From Macrostomum hystrix (taxonomy: Eukaryota > Animalia > Platyhelminthes), in contig CATNEN010000015.1 in the NCBI GenBank assembly GCA_950097015.1, forward strand, positions 1 to 64,000: a stretch of DNA of 64,000 nucleotides, written 5' to 3'. Shown in pieces: positions 37,634-49,670 of this stretch. Under the pieces are notes generated by a model that saw only the letters and a list, made by a program, of their open reading frames with translations, was not told where the DNA came from and ran no database searches. The first letter of the stretch is position 1. Every line of letters begins with the position of its first letter. Both the position numbers and the translations under genes were made by a program.

Positions 37634-37903
37634 CATACATGCGCAACACCCGGCCGACCCGGCCGTACGGCCGGGTGAAACAAGGGCCAAGCAAGGTAAG
37701 TCGCAAAAACCAATCAACCAAGCACAAAAAAATAAAAGGGGGGACCAAGGGACAAAAAAGGAAGGCGTGAAGAAAAGGAAAAGGGGGAGAGAAAAAGAGA
37801 GCAAACTAAGTCGTAAATAGAGCAATGAAACAAACTAAGTCACAAATGAGAGCAAAAACTAAGTCGCATGGCCAGCTAAGGTTTGGGAGGTTGCGCATGT
37901 ATG
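37634..37903. mobile_element. 270-bp MITE, 14-bp TIRs, 8-bp TSD
   Basis: TIR CATACATGCGCAAC...GTTGCGCATGTATG; TSD TTCCTGTA at 37626-37633 and 37904-37911; removing it restores the GIY-YIG frame. Confidence 0.9.
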
Positions 37904-38173
37904 TTCCTGTAGCCAAGAGAACAAATTGAATATTCTCGAGGCTATGTACATTAAGGCTCAGAAACCATATTTGAACAGTCAGTTAGCCATGGGGGGTGCA
38001 AGCCGCCAACTCAATGTGTTTTAGCTATGGTAGAAGCGTCGTTGAACTTTATTTGGTTGTTTTTTTTTCTCTTGTTAACCGGACTGGACCGAAATTGATT
38101 CGCACTTTGCAATATACAGTTTTCTTAAAAAATATATATAACTTTCTTGTTCTGTGTGTTTAATTTATGTGTC

Positions 38174-38213
38174 TGCCCTGAAGATGACTGATTGTGGTAG
38201 AAATGCATTGGCA
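38174..38213 (+). ncRNA. Minimal type I hammerhead ribozyme motif in the PLE 3' region (probably degenerate)
   Basis: TGCC-CTGAAGA-T-GACT..GGTA-GAAA-TGCA-TT-GGCA: stem I TGCC/GGCA, core boxes, palindromic TGCA in place of stem III, one mismatch at the base of stem II. Confidence 0.7.
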
Positions 38214-39567
38214 AAATTCTAAGAAAATTTAAATGTTGATTCTGAGTTTTCTCTATTTAGAAGACATTTCAGTAACACTTCAGTGTATATAATTTCTAAT
38301 GATAGCAAGCATAGTGATCTTTGGTTTGCAATATGTAGCTACATGTCACACCAGAGGCAACCATGATTTGGGTATGTGAAAGGATACTTCAAATTCACAG
38401 TGGCACTTAAAATGATAGATTGCTAGTTACCAAAATGTCTTAGCATGTTACCGAAATGTCTGTATTAGTGAATTGTCTGTTACCCAATTGTCCTGTCCCC
38501 CTCAAAACTAACTAGCCACAATCTCCCCTCTTTGTTTCACAATCATGTGCTTGTATTTCTACAGTTATAATTGTAATTTAAACCAAAGTGGATAAATAGG
38601 AACCTTTTTGTAGCACTGTTTTGGAGCATTAATTAAAGTAAAACCCCTTTACCTTTAGTTCATGAATATTTTTAAGAATATCTGCCAATTGCCATATAAA
38701 TGATTGCAAACCACAGTGGTTATATATATTTTTATGTCACATATTTTCATTATATATGTTTCTATTGCATCTGTTCTTTTGATGTCAAACTATTTAAAAA
38801 AGTGGAGTGACTTTAGACTGCTGGTTTTTGGAATATAATTTAAAAGACTCTTTTTCACTATTTTACATTTCTTTGTATAGGGATTGCATAGATTTCAATT
38901 ATTGTACTTCAAATAAATACCACCTCTATGTGAGACAAAAAGTTATATTTTTATCATACCTGCATTAATTAAACATTTACCACATGTAATTTAAAATTTT
39001 TTGAATGAGAAAGTTAGAAAATAATGAATGATCTGAACCAAAAATATTGCACATTAAAGATGATTGCTTCATTTAATAACAATTTAACAAATTTAATGTC
39101 ATCTAATTCGATTTTTAGTTTTCAGTGGCAAGAGCTTGAATTCAGTTTACTCATGTAGCAAGTAATAGTGGGCTGCCATGCAATGCAAGAGTTTGATCAA
39201 TTGTGAAGGAGTGTGGGCAGGCTTGTGCATTGTATGAACTTGCATTAAACTCTGCCATTGTTATTACCATTATTACCAAACATTGACTGTGTTCCACCAC
39301 TTCCAAATAGTGGAGGGATACCTGGCTGCTGATTCATCAGCACCGCTATTATCAGCATAATAATTGACATTTTCTATGAACTCTTCGTTCTTCTTGATAT
39401 TCTACTCTATTCTCGATTGAGGCCTTTTCTCTAATCCTTTCTGCTGCCACCAAAGTTGTAACAGGGCTTCTCACTCTACTTTCTCTCTCTCTTGGTAGCG
39501 TATCTTTCGGCCCCTTCCGCTCTTTTATCTCTTTCTCTACTATTAGCACTCTCAGTACATCTTTAAT

Positions 39568-39593
39568 TCGGTGGCCCTGAAAAGGGCCGTTTT
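39568..39593 (-). other. Histone-mRNA-type 3' stem-loop with no recognisable histone ORF
   Basis: Minus strand AAAAC-GGCCCT-TTTC-AGGGCC-ACCG followed by AATTAAAGATG (HDE-like purines). Confidence 0.6.
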
Positions 39594-41147
39594 AACTTCA
39601 CAACTCTTACGTTGTGAGCTTCTCCTAGGTAGCGCTTCTGCACTGGCACGAGCGGTTTATCCCTCTAAGGCACTGGTCTCTTATTCTCCAGTCTCTGCTG
39701 GGCTTTTCTCCAGCATCAGAGGGTCACGGCCTCAATCCTTGACTTATCTCCGTACACGAATGTATCACTTTAGTAAATAACACAACCAGTTGGATTGTTC
39801 AAAGTTTTAACTCAGTTTTGCCTTCTTGGCTCACTGGCGGGTTGTATTTTTAGCCACAAATTTCTTTCACTTATATAGTGTTCCTTAAGATTTGTTTTAA
39901 TACCGTATTTTACTAGAATATAAAAAATATTTATAGAATATGCATATAATATGTATGCATATATAATATATATAATATGTGTCACGTAGAAAATATGTTG
40001 AAGATATACCATATAGCGCAAAAATAATATTGGACTGCTACATAAAAATAGTACATTCGTCATCATGACTCATCCTAAATTATTACAGCTTCCATTTCCT
40101 TGTAAAATTATGCAACGCATTGAACATTTTGGATATTGTGCTACTATCTACACATACAACTCATTTTTTTAGTTTAACTGTCAGATGAGACAAATTTAGT
40201 TCCCAATTCTTTACTTTAATGTATTTTTACCACTCCTCCATTTTAGGACCCCTTCATATATTTTCATGGCTTTATTTACAGACCTAGAAATTGCACAACA
40301 AGGAAAAATTACAATCAGTGGATTTTTATCTAAGATGTTGTAAAAGGGTAATGTCTAAAATTACACTATATCGCATTTACATTTACACCTTTATTATTGA
40401 TTACTTTAAAAGTTCTTTGTATCAAAATGAAACTAATATGTTCTTTAATTATACCGTAATATTAGGATTGTACTCTTCTCTCTGTTTTCCTGACAAATTT
40501 GTAACTTGGCCATTGCTGTTTTAGAAACGATGTAAATTTTCCCTCGAAGATCAGTCCATGGATGGACAGATTTGCAGAAACAGGAGTAACTGGTTGAACC
40601 ACTGAGTGCCCCAGGGGCTGGGTTAACGAGACTGGGAAAGCAAGAACTTATGTTAAGGGCCTCCATTTTTATCACCAACAATTGATGGAGGCCCTTACTG
40701 TTATGGACATGTATTTTCTACCAAGTCTGTTTAAGAATAGGTCCATATGTGCTGGACTTACTTGGAGCTTGCATCTGCAGTTCAGGTTCAGACAGTGTGC
40801 AAATAGGAAATGGTTTCGAACCCTAGATTGACTGTTGCCAGACCTCGTGATCAGCTTTTCCTTAAGGCCTGGGACTACCTGCGGAATGGCTTCAGGAGAC
40901 TGCAGTGATGGGAGGACTGATTTGTTTTTCTAATTTGCAGAACACCAATAATTCAAGGTGGCTACCAGAGAGACTGGGCTCTAAACATCTAGGGACCCCT
41001 AGACCCTTTTGGAGATGGTCTTAAGGACCAACTCATCCACTAGTAGGCCAAGAGCCTAATCGCTTGAAAAAAATACGAGTATGTTTTCTTAATTTTATTG
41101 AAATCGTGGATTTAGTGGATTTTCTCAAACTCGCCTCCTCATTTTAG

Positions 41148-41216
41148 TACTCTTCACAGGACACCAGCCCGTTCGCCAACTATGTGATGCACCCATTCTG
41201 GAACTGGCTGGTCAAT
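41148..41216 (+). CDS. EPT1: EPT1/SELENOI-like exon 2
   Basis: TTTTAG|YSSQDTSPFANYVMHPFWNWLVN|GTAAG. Confidence 0.9.
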
Positions 41217-41368
41217 GTAAGCTTGCTTGAACTGCCAGTACTAAAGCTGTCAGCTAAACAAAATTTAATTATGCTCTAACTAACTGAACTAAAGCATCAG
41301 AAGCCTTCAAATGTTGGAATAATTTCCATCTGACCGTCCGTGCATCACTGGCCACCCCTGTTGTTCAG

Positions 41369-41561
41369 TTCCTGCCGCACCAGCTGGCGCCCAACCTGAT
41401 GACGCTCACCGGATTTCTGTGCCTCGTGCTCAACTGCCTCCTACTCGCCTTCTTCGACCCGGACCTGCATGCCTCCTCCGTCGACTTTCCGGACCACGCA
41501 GCCGTACCGCGGGCCATGTGGCTTGTCAGCGCTCTACTCAACTTCGCCTCGCACACCCTCG
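41369..41561 (+). CDS. EPT1: EPT1/SELENOI-like exon 3
   Basis: TTCAG|FLPHQLAPNLMTLTGFL...FFDPDLHAS...LLNFASHTL|GTGAG (phase 1). Confidence 0.92.
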
Positions 41562-42056
41562 GTGAGTCGGGCGATTCATGAAACTCGTGGTCTCGAGGCG
41601 ACCAAGCTTGCCCCGTGCGGTCGCCTCGACCAGGTCGGCGATGAAGAAAAAAATACCTGGCGTTACAGTACACAAACATTTAATTTTTATAAGATGGCGA
41701 ATAATTTAACTATACAAACAGAAGTAAAGTTGCGCCCGCCATTTACCTAAGGGCTGTGCGGTTTACAAGACAACGTGGCGAAATGTCTTGCACTCAGTTC
41801 TATCGCGTATGCTGCAGGTTTTTCAACATTTGTAAGAGTCGGCGAGATGTAGATTAGCAGTAAGAAATCACACGTGTACGTTGGGCGTACCGAGTTTCTA
41901 TATATACGAGTATGAGAAGAGCAGTGATAAGCACTATGGATAAAATAGGCTTCAGCCAACCCCATCCCCAAACGGGGTGAAATGCCGGCACCATGTATAT
42001 GTTGCGAAACTAAAGAGCAATTCAATGGGCTCCACAGAAAACCGACGAGCGAAGAA

Positions 42057-42243
42057 AAAAGGTGCGCGAGCTACAAGCCCCTTACTCATAATATATGAAA
42101 AAACAACAAAGGCAGAGGGGTGCGCGAACATAATAAGCAGGCTGAGCGGTGAATAGCTCAATAGCTTACATAAAGTTCAAATTAAGGCCGACTAACCAAT
42201 CAGGGGGATAAGAGAAACAAGAGGGTAGACCGGAGGGGGGCTA
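42057..42243. repeat. Unclassified ~190-bp dispersed repeat, copy 1 (copy 2 at 48685-48881)
   Basis: Both start AAAAGGTGCGCGAGC and end AGACCGGAGGGGGGCTA; visibly diverged inside. Confidence 0.75.
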
Positions 42244-43275
42244 TATCAACAGATTGTTCATCAGCTTCTCTGGCAAACATCCTCTTGACGGGAGGATGTC
42301 ACGAGGATTTACAGCACCTGAAACGGGACTCCATTCGCTGATGGCTGTCAACCGGCTAATCTCAGTGACGCGATTTTGAACAAAATTTTGACGGAGCTTG
42401 GACTCACACAGAATCCACTGCAGCATGGTAGTGCTGTCCGAGGGTCAACGCAAGTCTTTGACATGATAGGAGCAGTGCGATATTTCTGGTTAACTACCCG
42501 AAGATAGATAAATGCAGCATATGCTTTCTCGCAGGCGTCTGAAAACCCATGCAGCTGGACATCTGCCTGATCTGCTTTGACAGCTTCGGGAATCACACAA
42601 CGCTTAATATTCCAGGTGAGTCATTCCAAGCAAGGTGAGTCAGCGGGACCACTGCACAGCAACGTCGTTTTGGCAACTGCTCGTCCCATGAAACTTTCTG
42701 GCTGCAGAGTTGCTGAAAGAGTACTTTGACAAAGTGTAGCGTGTCCTGCTTGAAATTCCAAGAAAGACCTAAGGCTTTGCTAGCACTGCTCACATCGGTC
42801 GGTGGCCAAACTAGCAGTAAACGACTCCGAGTTCGACTGCCACTGTCTTTGCTTCATCCCAGCCAAGCTAAATACTATTTTTGATTGCTCATTCGAGATG
42901 GTGCATAATGGTTGCTCGAAGTACTCCTGGAGAGCATGTGAGCCCAAAGGGCAAGCGGCAAAAGCGATAATGAACCACATCCTGAGCATCGGACTGACCG
43001 TGTCCACAGGAACCGAATTGAATTTCGATCACTTATTTCGATGTCAATCTGCAGAAAGGCCTTCTCGATGTCAGCTAAAACTGCGACCGGCTTCAATCGG
43101 AACGTAATTAAGATCTGTGTGATTTGAGGAAAATTTATCGGACTGAGATTGATGAAGAAATCAGCAGAGTGAGTTCTGGCCGACCCATCAAATACAATGC
43201 GGAGTTTAGTGTGCTCACTCTCTGCTTTTAAAACACAGCAGTGAGGAAGATAGTGCATCAGGTTGGTTGTAGCGT
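42244..43275 (-). mobile_element. BEL/Pao LTR retrotransposon pol remnant (RT-RNase H)
   Basis: HYLPH..VLKAESEHTKLRIVFDGSA, FRLKPVAVLADIEKAFLQI, QLHGFSDACEKAYAAFIYLR, WSPVSGAVNPRD..SRG; many frameshifts. Confidence 0.88.
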
Positions 43276-43640
43276 ATTTTATATTAGTGTTGCTAATTGC
43301 ACTATTGTTTACGATTTATTCTAGACATTTCCCTAATAAACGTAAGCTGAATATTCGCAGTGCTGTACAGTAGCATTCTGTTATTTAAATATATTTTACT
43401 TGTACAAAAGTAAAAATTATTGTGCTTAAATACGCAGTATAATTTATAAAGTATGCAAATAATATTATTTTTATTGCTTTGTTACATACCGTAAGCATTT
43501 TCTCGAAATTTCCGGGTATTACGCAATACATGTATAAATACACGCAACTCCAAGCCTAGCCCTTTCAATGTTTATCTCAATCAATCGATTGACTTCTAAG
43601 ACCTCGCTTCGCTCAATCACTTTAAACCAAAACCTTTACA

Positions 43641-45527
43641 ACTGGTCCGGTGAGGCGACAACATGTTACACGAAGAAGCGACACCATCGGACAGCAACCA
43701 GCTACTTCAGCGGTCGTCAGTGAGCCCAGCGCCACAACCAGTGCACCACTACCGATCAGCCAGCCGAGCGTTCGGACAGCCCAACGTTGCCGTGACCCCC
43801 GTGCCGCTGTCCATTTTTCAACCTACGCGATTGGCTGTAAGCATTAAGGCCCGGCCATTCTATCGCAATAACCCAGATGCGTAGTTCCAGACTCTCGAGT
43901 CGCTATTCAAACTGGCGCACATCACGTCGGAGGAGACCAAGTACCATCGTCTTGTGGCCAACCTGCCCGAAGACATCGCTTTCGTGCTATTGACGACCGA
44001 GACTGTGGCCAACTACGCTGCTCTCAAGGTAATTGTCTGCAACATGATGCAGAAAAGCAAGCAAGAGTAACTCAACGACCTATTGGCAACTTCGGACCTC
44101 GGCGGCGACAAGCTGTCCGTCTTCCTGCAACGACTAATTGTTGTGACCGGACTTGAATCTACTGTATTAACCTATAGTTGCGCAATTTACGTCCATTTTC
44201 TTATGCGTGCGTGGGCACGTGTGTGTCACCTGCACGTGCGACACAACGTGCTCTGTTCTTGCTCCTTGCTCTCCACGTGCCATTGTCACCCCCAGCCATA
44301 TTTTGTTAGTATAAATATATCGACTCTCCTTTGTACGTGGTTCGTGGCCTTTGAGCTAGGCCTATCTAAAGAATTCCTGGTCTACAAAGCTAATGACAAA
44401 AAATGCCCCAGTGTGGAATTTAGTCAATTAAGTTTCCCTGACATGGTCAAAGTCACTGCTGCGCTACTTGCCCAACGAATTTCGCATCGCTCTATCCGGA
44501 TTTCAACATCAAGCTCCAGCAGAGCTAGCCTCAATCGCTGGTGAGTCAATGGTGCTCAGCCCAGCATGATCGCATCCCTTCAGCGACATCAAACAACGAC
44601 ACCAACGCGGCTTAGAAGTCGAATCGCGGTTGAGTAAAACTGGGTCAACGTCCGGTCATTTGCCGCGCGCACATGGCCTCCAATCTCGCTCTTGCCGCCG
44701 CTGGTGCCAATTTCCGAATTTCCGGGACACTCCCTGCAGATGCTCGCGAACAATGTGATAACGCCTGCTCAATCGAGGTCTTCTTCACCAACGCGCAACA
44801 GCCAAGCTCCGGGAAACCGAAGTGAGCAGCGTCGAGTTTAGAAGGGCGGCGAGCAAAAACTTCCTGGTGTTGGACCTCACCTTCAACGACAGGTGCTTCC
44901 TTCCTCGTCGACACAGGAGCCGCTGTATCCATAATTCCGATAAAGTACCAGGCTCTCTAGGCAACCGGTTTCAGATTGACAACCGCCACCGGTGCGTCCA
45001 TTCCGGTCTCCGGAGAGATCAACCTTACCATCGCCATTCGAGGCCTTCGCCGATCTTTTAAGTGGACCTTCCTCGTAGCTGCCGTCATTCAGCCGATTCT
45101 CAGGTACGACTTTCTGTCTCAATTCGGAATGCTGGTGGACTGCAAAGCAAGACAGCTAGTGGATCCAGAAACAAACCTGCACACGCAGACTCTCTGTCGC
45201 TAGCCTGAAGCTCGACACCTTCGCCGTCTCCCTAGAGTACCCGGAACACTGTAACCCGCGAGTCCAACGGCTCACGATCAGTTCAAGGACACCTTCTCGT
45301 ACGTCGAAGGCGGCCGTCTGCCCAAAGCCGAGGAGGTCTGGCACGACTCGAACCACCACATCATACCATGCGAACACCCGCCAACCCACGCCAAGGCTCG
45401 ACAGCTGCATCCAGAGAAGTTGGCGATTGCCAAAGACGAGTTCCAGCAGCTGATCGACGCAGGCTACCTCAGGCCTTCCGCCAGCAACTGGGTCTCACCT
45501 CTACACATCCCCAAGAAGGATGATGGC
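43641..45527 (+). mobile_element. Gypsy-type LTR retrotransposon remnant (gag-protease-start of RT)
   Basis: Gag-like IKARPFYRNNPDA..EETKYHRLVANLP..NYAALK..LGGDKLSVFLQRL; protease FLVDTGAAVSIIP at 44901; RT start KDEFQQLIDAGYLRPSASNWVSPLHIPKKDDG, truncated at ~45527. Confidence 0.85.
44139..44389. mobile_element. Probable solo LTR inserted in the Gypsy gag
   Basis: Starts TGTTGTGACCGG; ends CCTGGTCTACA plus AAG; CTAAT direct repeats at 44134-44138 and 44390-44394; internal TATAAAT; removal rejoins LQRL-MTK. Confidence 0.55.
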
Positions 45528-45529
45528 AT

Positions 45530-47490
45530 AGAGGTAAAGCGCACGTCTCCTCAGAGTCAGACAAATCAATTGATTTCCCTACAGTATCACAACACGTATT
45601 GCTGATACGAGCACTCAAAGGGCCGCACAATAGAAACCCTAGCTTCGATTATATTGCCACTGGACCAGAAATCCTCTCGAACTACGATGTCACAGACGAG
45701 TTGGTAATAGCCTATTAGAATTGCGATTGGTACATAAGTATCGCGAGTATCATACGGATCCGCTATATCAAGATAGCGCAGGTGTAAGAAATCTGTCACT
45801 CTAGCAGAATGCTGTGGCTGACATACGAGTACTGTCTCATCTACACTTGAGTTGAGCTGTATTACTTCGAAAGAGTCCATCTTCCGAAGTGGGAGAAAGG
45901 CACTACCGGACTGGAGAGCTGTGCTGTTTCCAGCAAACGTTGAAACTTTTAGTTGCTCTTTTATTAGCTCCTGCAAATTCGCCCTAATGTCCATCATGTC
46001 ATAAATGTCTTGCCGAATGTAGCTGCGATTACTAGCCGTGTCAAACAGAATACGTACCATGATTTCCTTACGACCATCGCTGAGCAGAATGCTTTTGCAA
46101 CAGGCAGAGCCACTGCAGGGTTACCCGAGATAAACATCGTCAAAGCAAAGCTGCCATCAGCGGTGGCCTGAGCTGGAATTTTTTTTAGTGGACTCAGACG
46201 GCTTCTGCACCATGTGAGTGTCTTCGCACGACTCAGTTGCTGTTGCCAAGCACTGATTTGAAGACTGACTTAGGTTTTTGCTCGGCTTTGACTTCTCAGT
46301 CAACTTCTGCGCCTGTGACTTCTGTGGACAGATGCTAACATGACTTGTACCTAAACAGTAACGTCGACACAACCTCGAGTTTTGACAGTGAGTAGCTATG
46401 TAACCTGGACGTAAGCACCTAAAACAGCGCTTCTCAGACGCATGCAAGGCACGCCTCTGTTCTAAAGAGCCAACTTTGTCGCAGCTCTCCGAAGTGTGCG
46501 ATGCCTTGCAAAAGGTACAGAATATTTTTTAAGCCTGCTTGGACGCCTTCAGCTAAAGCGTCACGAGAGTGTCGACCGATGCGTGACGTGAAGAAGCTTT
46601 GCTAGATTCAGCAGGAGGCCAAGATCTAGTAGCCTCTTTGGGTTTAAATGCAGATGCTGACCTGCACTTTCACGCACTGAGATTTCACTTTTTAATGATC
46701 TAAGGAAATTTTCTAATGATTTTATGGTCGCTCCCTGCATCCGAGCAGCTCTAAGAAGTTCTAGGCTAAAGGCTTGGGGACACTTGTTCATCAGTGACGG
46801 CACAAGGAGTGCGTCGTATGACTTGGCCTCCACGCCCTGAGCTTCAAGATTCCGCAAAGTCGCCGATATATCGTCGTGGAACTGCTGAAGACTGCAACGA
46901 TGAATCTTAAAGCCGCATGTTTGCAAACCTATGCATCAAGTCTTCGACTATCAGCTCACGTTTGCCAAACCGCTCTTTAAGAATCTCTATCGCGATGGAA
47001 TAATTTAGAGCAGTGACAGCAAGCCCTCTAATACAGGACTTTGCTGACTCGGATAGTGACTGTGTAAGAAATTGAAATTATCGATGGCAGAAGAGATTAG
47101 TTAGCATCAACGGACGAATCGAATTGCTCCCAAAGCGACTGCCAGTTTAAAATTTCCCCATCGAAATTAGGAACCTAAAGTTTAGGCAATTTGACTTGAG
47201 GTTGTGACACTGATGAAGCTGGAGCCAAAGGCAATGGAGGCTGAGAATTATGAAACGCTGCGGCCTAGAGCATTTCGATGCAAGTGAGACACCGCATCTC
47301 ATAGCCTTTGAAATCCTCCTGCTCTGATTCCACATTCTCCTCTGGAATCGACTCTGTTGTAGCCTCATCCAATAGCTGCTTTAGCTGCCTCATTACACAG
47401 AGTTTCGAGCACCTCTAAGTATGCTGCTGCCTCTGCACGCTCAAAAAGGTCTTCGAAGAATTTTTCTTATCATAATTTCTGCCTTGCCGA
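45530..47490 (-). mobile_element. BEL/Pao gag-protease remnant
   Basis: Three Zn knuckles (CTFCK..H...C, CFRCLRPGYIATHC, CRRYCLGTSHVSICP); protease VRILFDTASNRSYIR; BEL-type gag segment LRNLEAQGVEAKSYDALLVPSLMNKCP. Confidence 0.82.
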
Positions 47491-48684
47491 CCGTTTTAGT
47501 GATACTAGACCGAAAACCTGCACGCTTGTGTTGTGTCTTGGCCTAATGGCCGACGGAGGGAGATGGGGGTTGGGTCCACCTGCCCGAGACACCCAGGTCC
47601 CAGACCAACCCTGCCTACGCCTAACAGACCTGATTGGTTCAGCGAGAGTTCACTGAGCCAACCGCCCTGAGACTAGCGAGCGTTCACTCGTCTCAGGTCC
47701 CTAAAGGAGCGAGAGTTCACTCAGTACGCCCCACCGGCCCGACGCGGTAATCCCCGGAATGAGGAAGACACGAGCTCACCTTGAACTTCTCCACGCAAGC
47801 TGATCGGCTCTACTCGTTTATTGCCGGCACTTGAATAACAACTATGATTGGTAGATAGGCAATGCACAGACTTGCAGAAAGGCAGGTAGGAAGTCGAGGC
47901 GGACGGGGTTACAGATAGGGCGGGGTGACTACTTATATAACTTACTGTACAGGGCAGAGAAGAGGGAGAGAGAGAAAAATGAGACACAAAGCCTGGGTCA
48001 CTGGCGGCTTATCCGGCCGCCAGCCAATGCGAGTGGCCCAGGTGGGGGGAGGGGTAGAGAGAGGCGGGGCTAGCGCAACGCTGGGGCATGGGCAGGTGGG
48101 CGCAGAGAAGAAAAAAGGGGGGCTAGGCCGGGGTTGAGGCGTAAGCCTCTTACAAACCCTGATCTAGGCTGGCACGGGTGTAGGAAGGGGTGGGGCAGAC
48201 AAACAACGCAGAGGGCACAAAGTGCATTTGCACGGCACAACACTTGCAAACCGCAACTACCAACTCCTCTGAGAGAACCTCTGAGAGACATGACGAGAGC
48301 TGAAGGAGGAACTTTTTCGGTTTAAGTTCAACTGACTACAGGAAATCCCTAACGTGAGAGCGTCAAGCGACTTAAATTAGTCAAAATGCAAATTTACAGC
48401 TGAGAAAATTTCAAAATAAAGAGAATGTTTGAATAATAAGGCCAGATAACCGGGCGGCAAAAAAGTTAAAAAGTTAAAGTTAAAAGTAAAAAAAAATGAA
48501 TCAATAGACAAATGTATAGATAAATCTACCAATCCAGTAACACGCAAGCAACCGTGAAATGTTCCGGTAGTTCGAGTTCCGTTGAGATTAAGAGAGCGAT
48601 TCGTCGATGAGTTAAGTCGGGAGACAAGCTGCACTAAATGAGCTGCATATGTTGCTGAACTATCTCGTGCCATTCTCAATTCTC

Positions 48685-48881
48685 AAAAGGTGCGCGAGCC
48701 ACAGGCCCCTTACTCATAATATTTCACAAAAACAACGAAGGCAGAGGGGTGCGCGAACATAATAAGTAGGCTGAGCGGTGAACAGAGACAGCGTACATAG
48801 AGATCAAATTGAGGCCGACTAGCCAATCGGAGGGTAAGAGAAACGAGAGGGTGGGGCTAGACCTAGACCGGAGGGGGGCTA
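48685..48881. repeat. Unclassified ~190-bp dispersed repeat, copy 2
   Basis: See 42057-42243. Confidence 0.75.
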
Positions 48882-49139
48882 ACTCCGTGGAAGGTACAAT
48901 TGATAATTAATTCAAGACGAGTGCTAGCAGACAAATGGTTGGGTTACAAATTATGAACGTTACTACTTGGAAGTAACAAGATTTTCGCGACAATATATGC
49001 AGTTGTAACGCGTCAGACGCTCACAAGACGAGAAAACCAAACACGCGCCACACAGGAAATTATATTTGAAAACGCAGTGCAGCCACCGTGTATTTGACTG
49101 GCTTGGTCACAATGGCAATTCTCGAACTTATCCCCGCAG

Positions 49140-49511
49140 ACGGCATGGACGGCAAGCAGGCCAGGCGGACTGGCACCAGCTCGCCTGTTGGCGAACTCTT
49201 CGACCACGGACTGGACTCTTGGGCCACGCTGTTCTTCCCCATGTGCGTGTACTCTGTGTTTGGCAGGGGCATCTATGGAGGCCACCCGGTGCGGGTGTAC
49301 TATCTCTACCTGGCCATCATGGGTCAGTTCGTGCTGTCCCACTGGGAGAAGTACGTCACTGGCATGTTCTTCCTGCCGTGGGCCTACGACCTCAGCCAGA
49401 TCGGCCTCGTCACTGTCTACGCCTTCACATTCGCAGTTGGCGACTCCTTTTGGCAGAAGTTCGCTTTCGGCAGCTGGACCTATACCGACCTGGTCATTCT
49501 ATGCTGTTACA
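49140..49511 (+). CDS. EPT1: EPT1/SELENOI-like exon 4 (CDP-alcohol phosphotransferase motif)
   Basis: CGCAG|DGMDGKQARRTGTSSPVGELFDHGLDSW...SHWEKYVTGMFFLPWAYDLSQ...|GTAAG. Confidence 0.95.
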
Positions 49512-49670
49512 GTAAGTCTCATTCTGTGCTGTTACAGTGAGTCTCATTCTGTGCTGTTACAGTGAGTCTCATTCTGTGCTGTTACAGTGAGTCTCATTCT
49601 GTGCTGTTACAGTGAGTCTCATTCTGTGCTGTTACAGTGAGTCTCATTCTGTGCTGCTACAGTGAGTCTC
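49502..49670 (+). repeat. 25-bp minisatellite spanning the exon 4 donor (~6.8 copies)
   Basis: Unit TGCTGTTACAGT(A/G)AGTCTCATTCTG starting at 49502, 49527, 49552, 49577, 49602, 49627, 49652. Confidence 0.95.

Larger units (their letters stand above)
36587..38230 (+). mobile_element. 5'-truncated, decayed Penelope-like retroelement (RT + GIY-YIG) in EPT1 intron 1
   Basis: YRQIDGCAMGSPLAPTLANL and KRYVDDTF (PLE-type RT); GVMYKF..SYIGKT...RVKEH...AINEH and ILEAMYIKAQKPYLN (GIY-YIG). Frameshift near 36955, stop at 37507, MITE insertion, ORF ends at TAG 38022-38024. Confidence 0.88.

Noticed and set aside
40400-41090. Moderately GC-rich block in EPT1 intron 1 as a coding or TE remnant
   Set aside because: No motif I could recognise in any frame; needs tblastx.
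42057-48881. The 190-bp direct repeats as the LTR pair of the BEL element
   Set aside because: No TG..CA termini, PBS, PPT or TSD, and BEL pol is truncated directly at the repeat.
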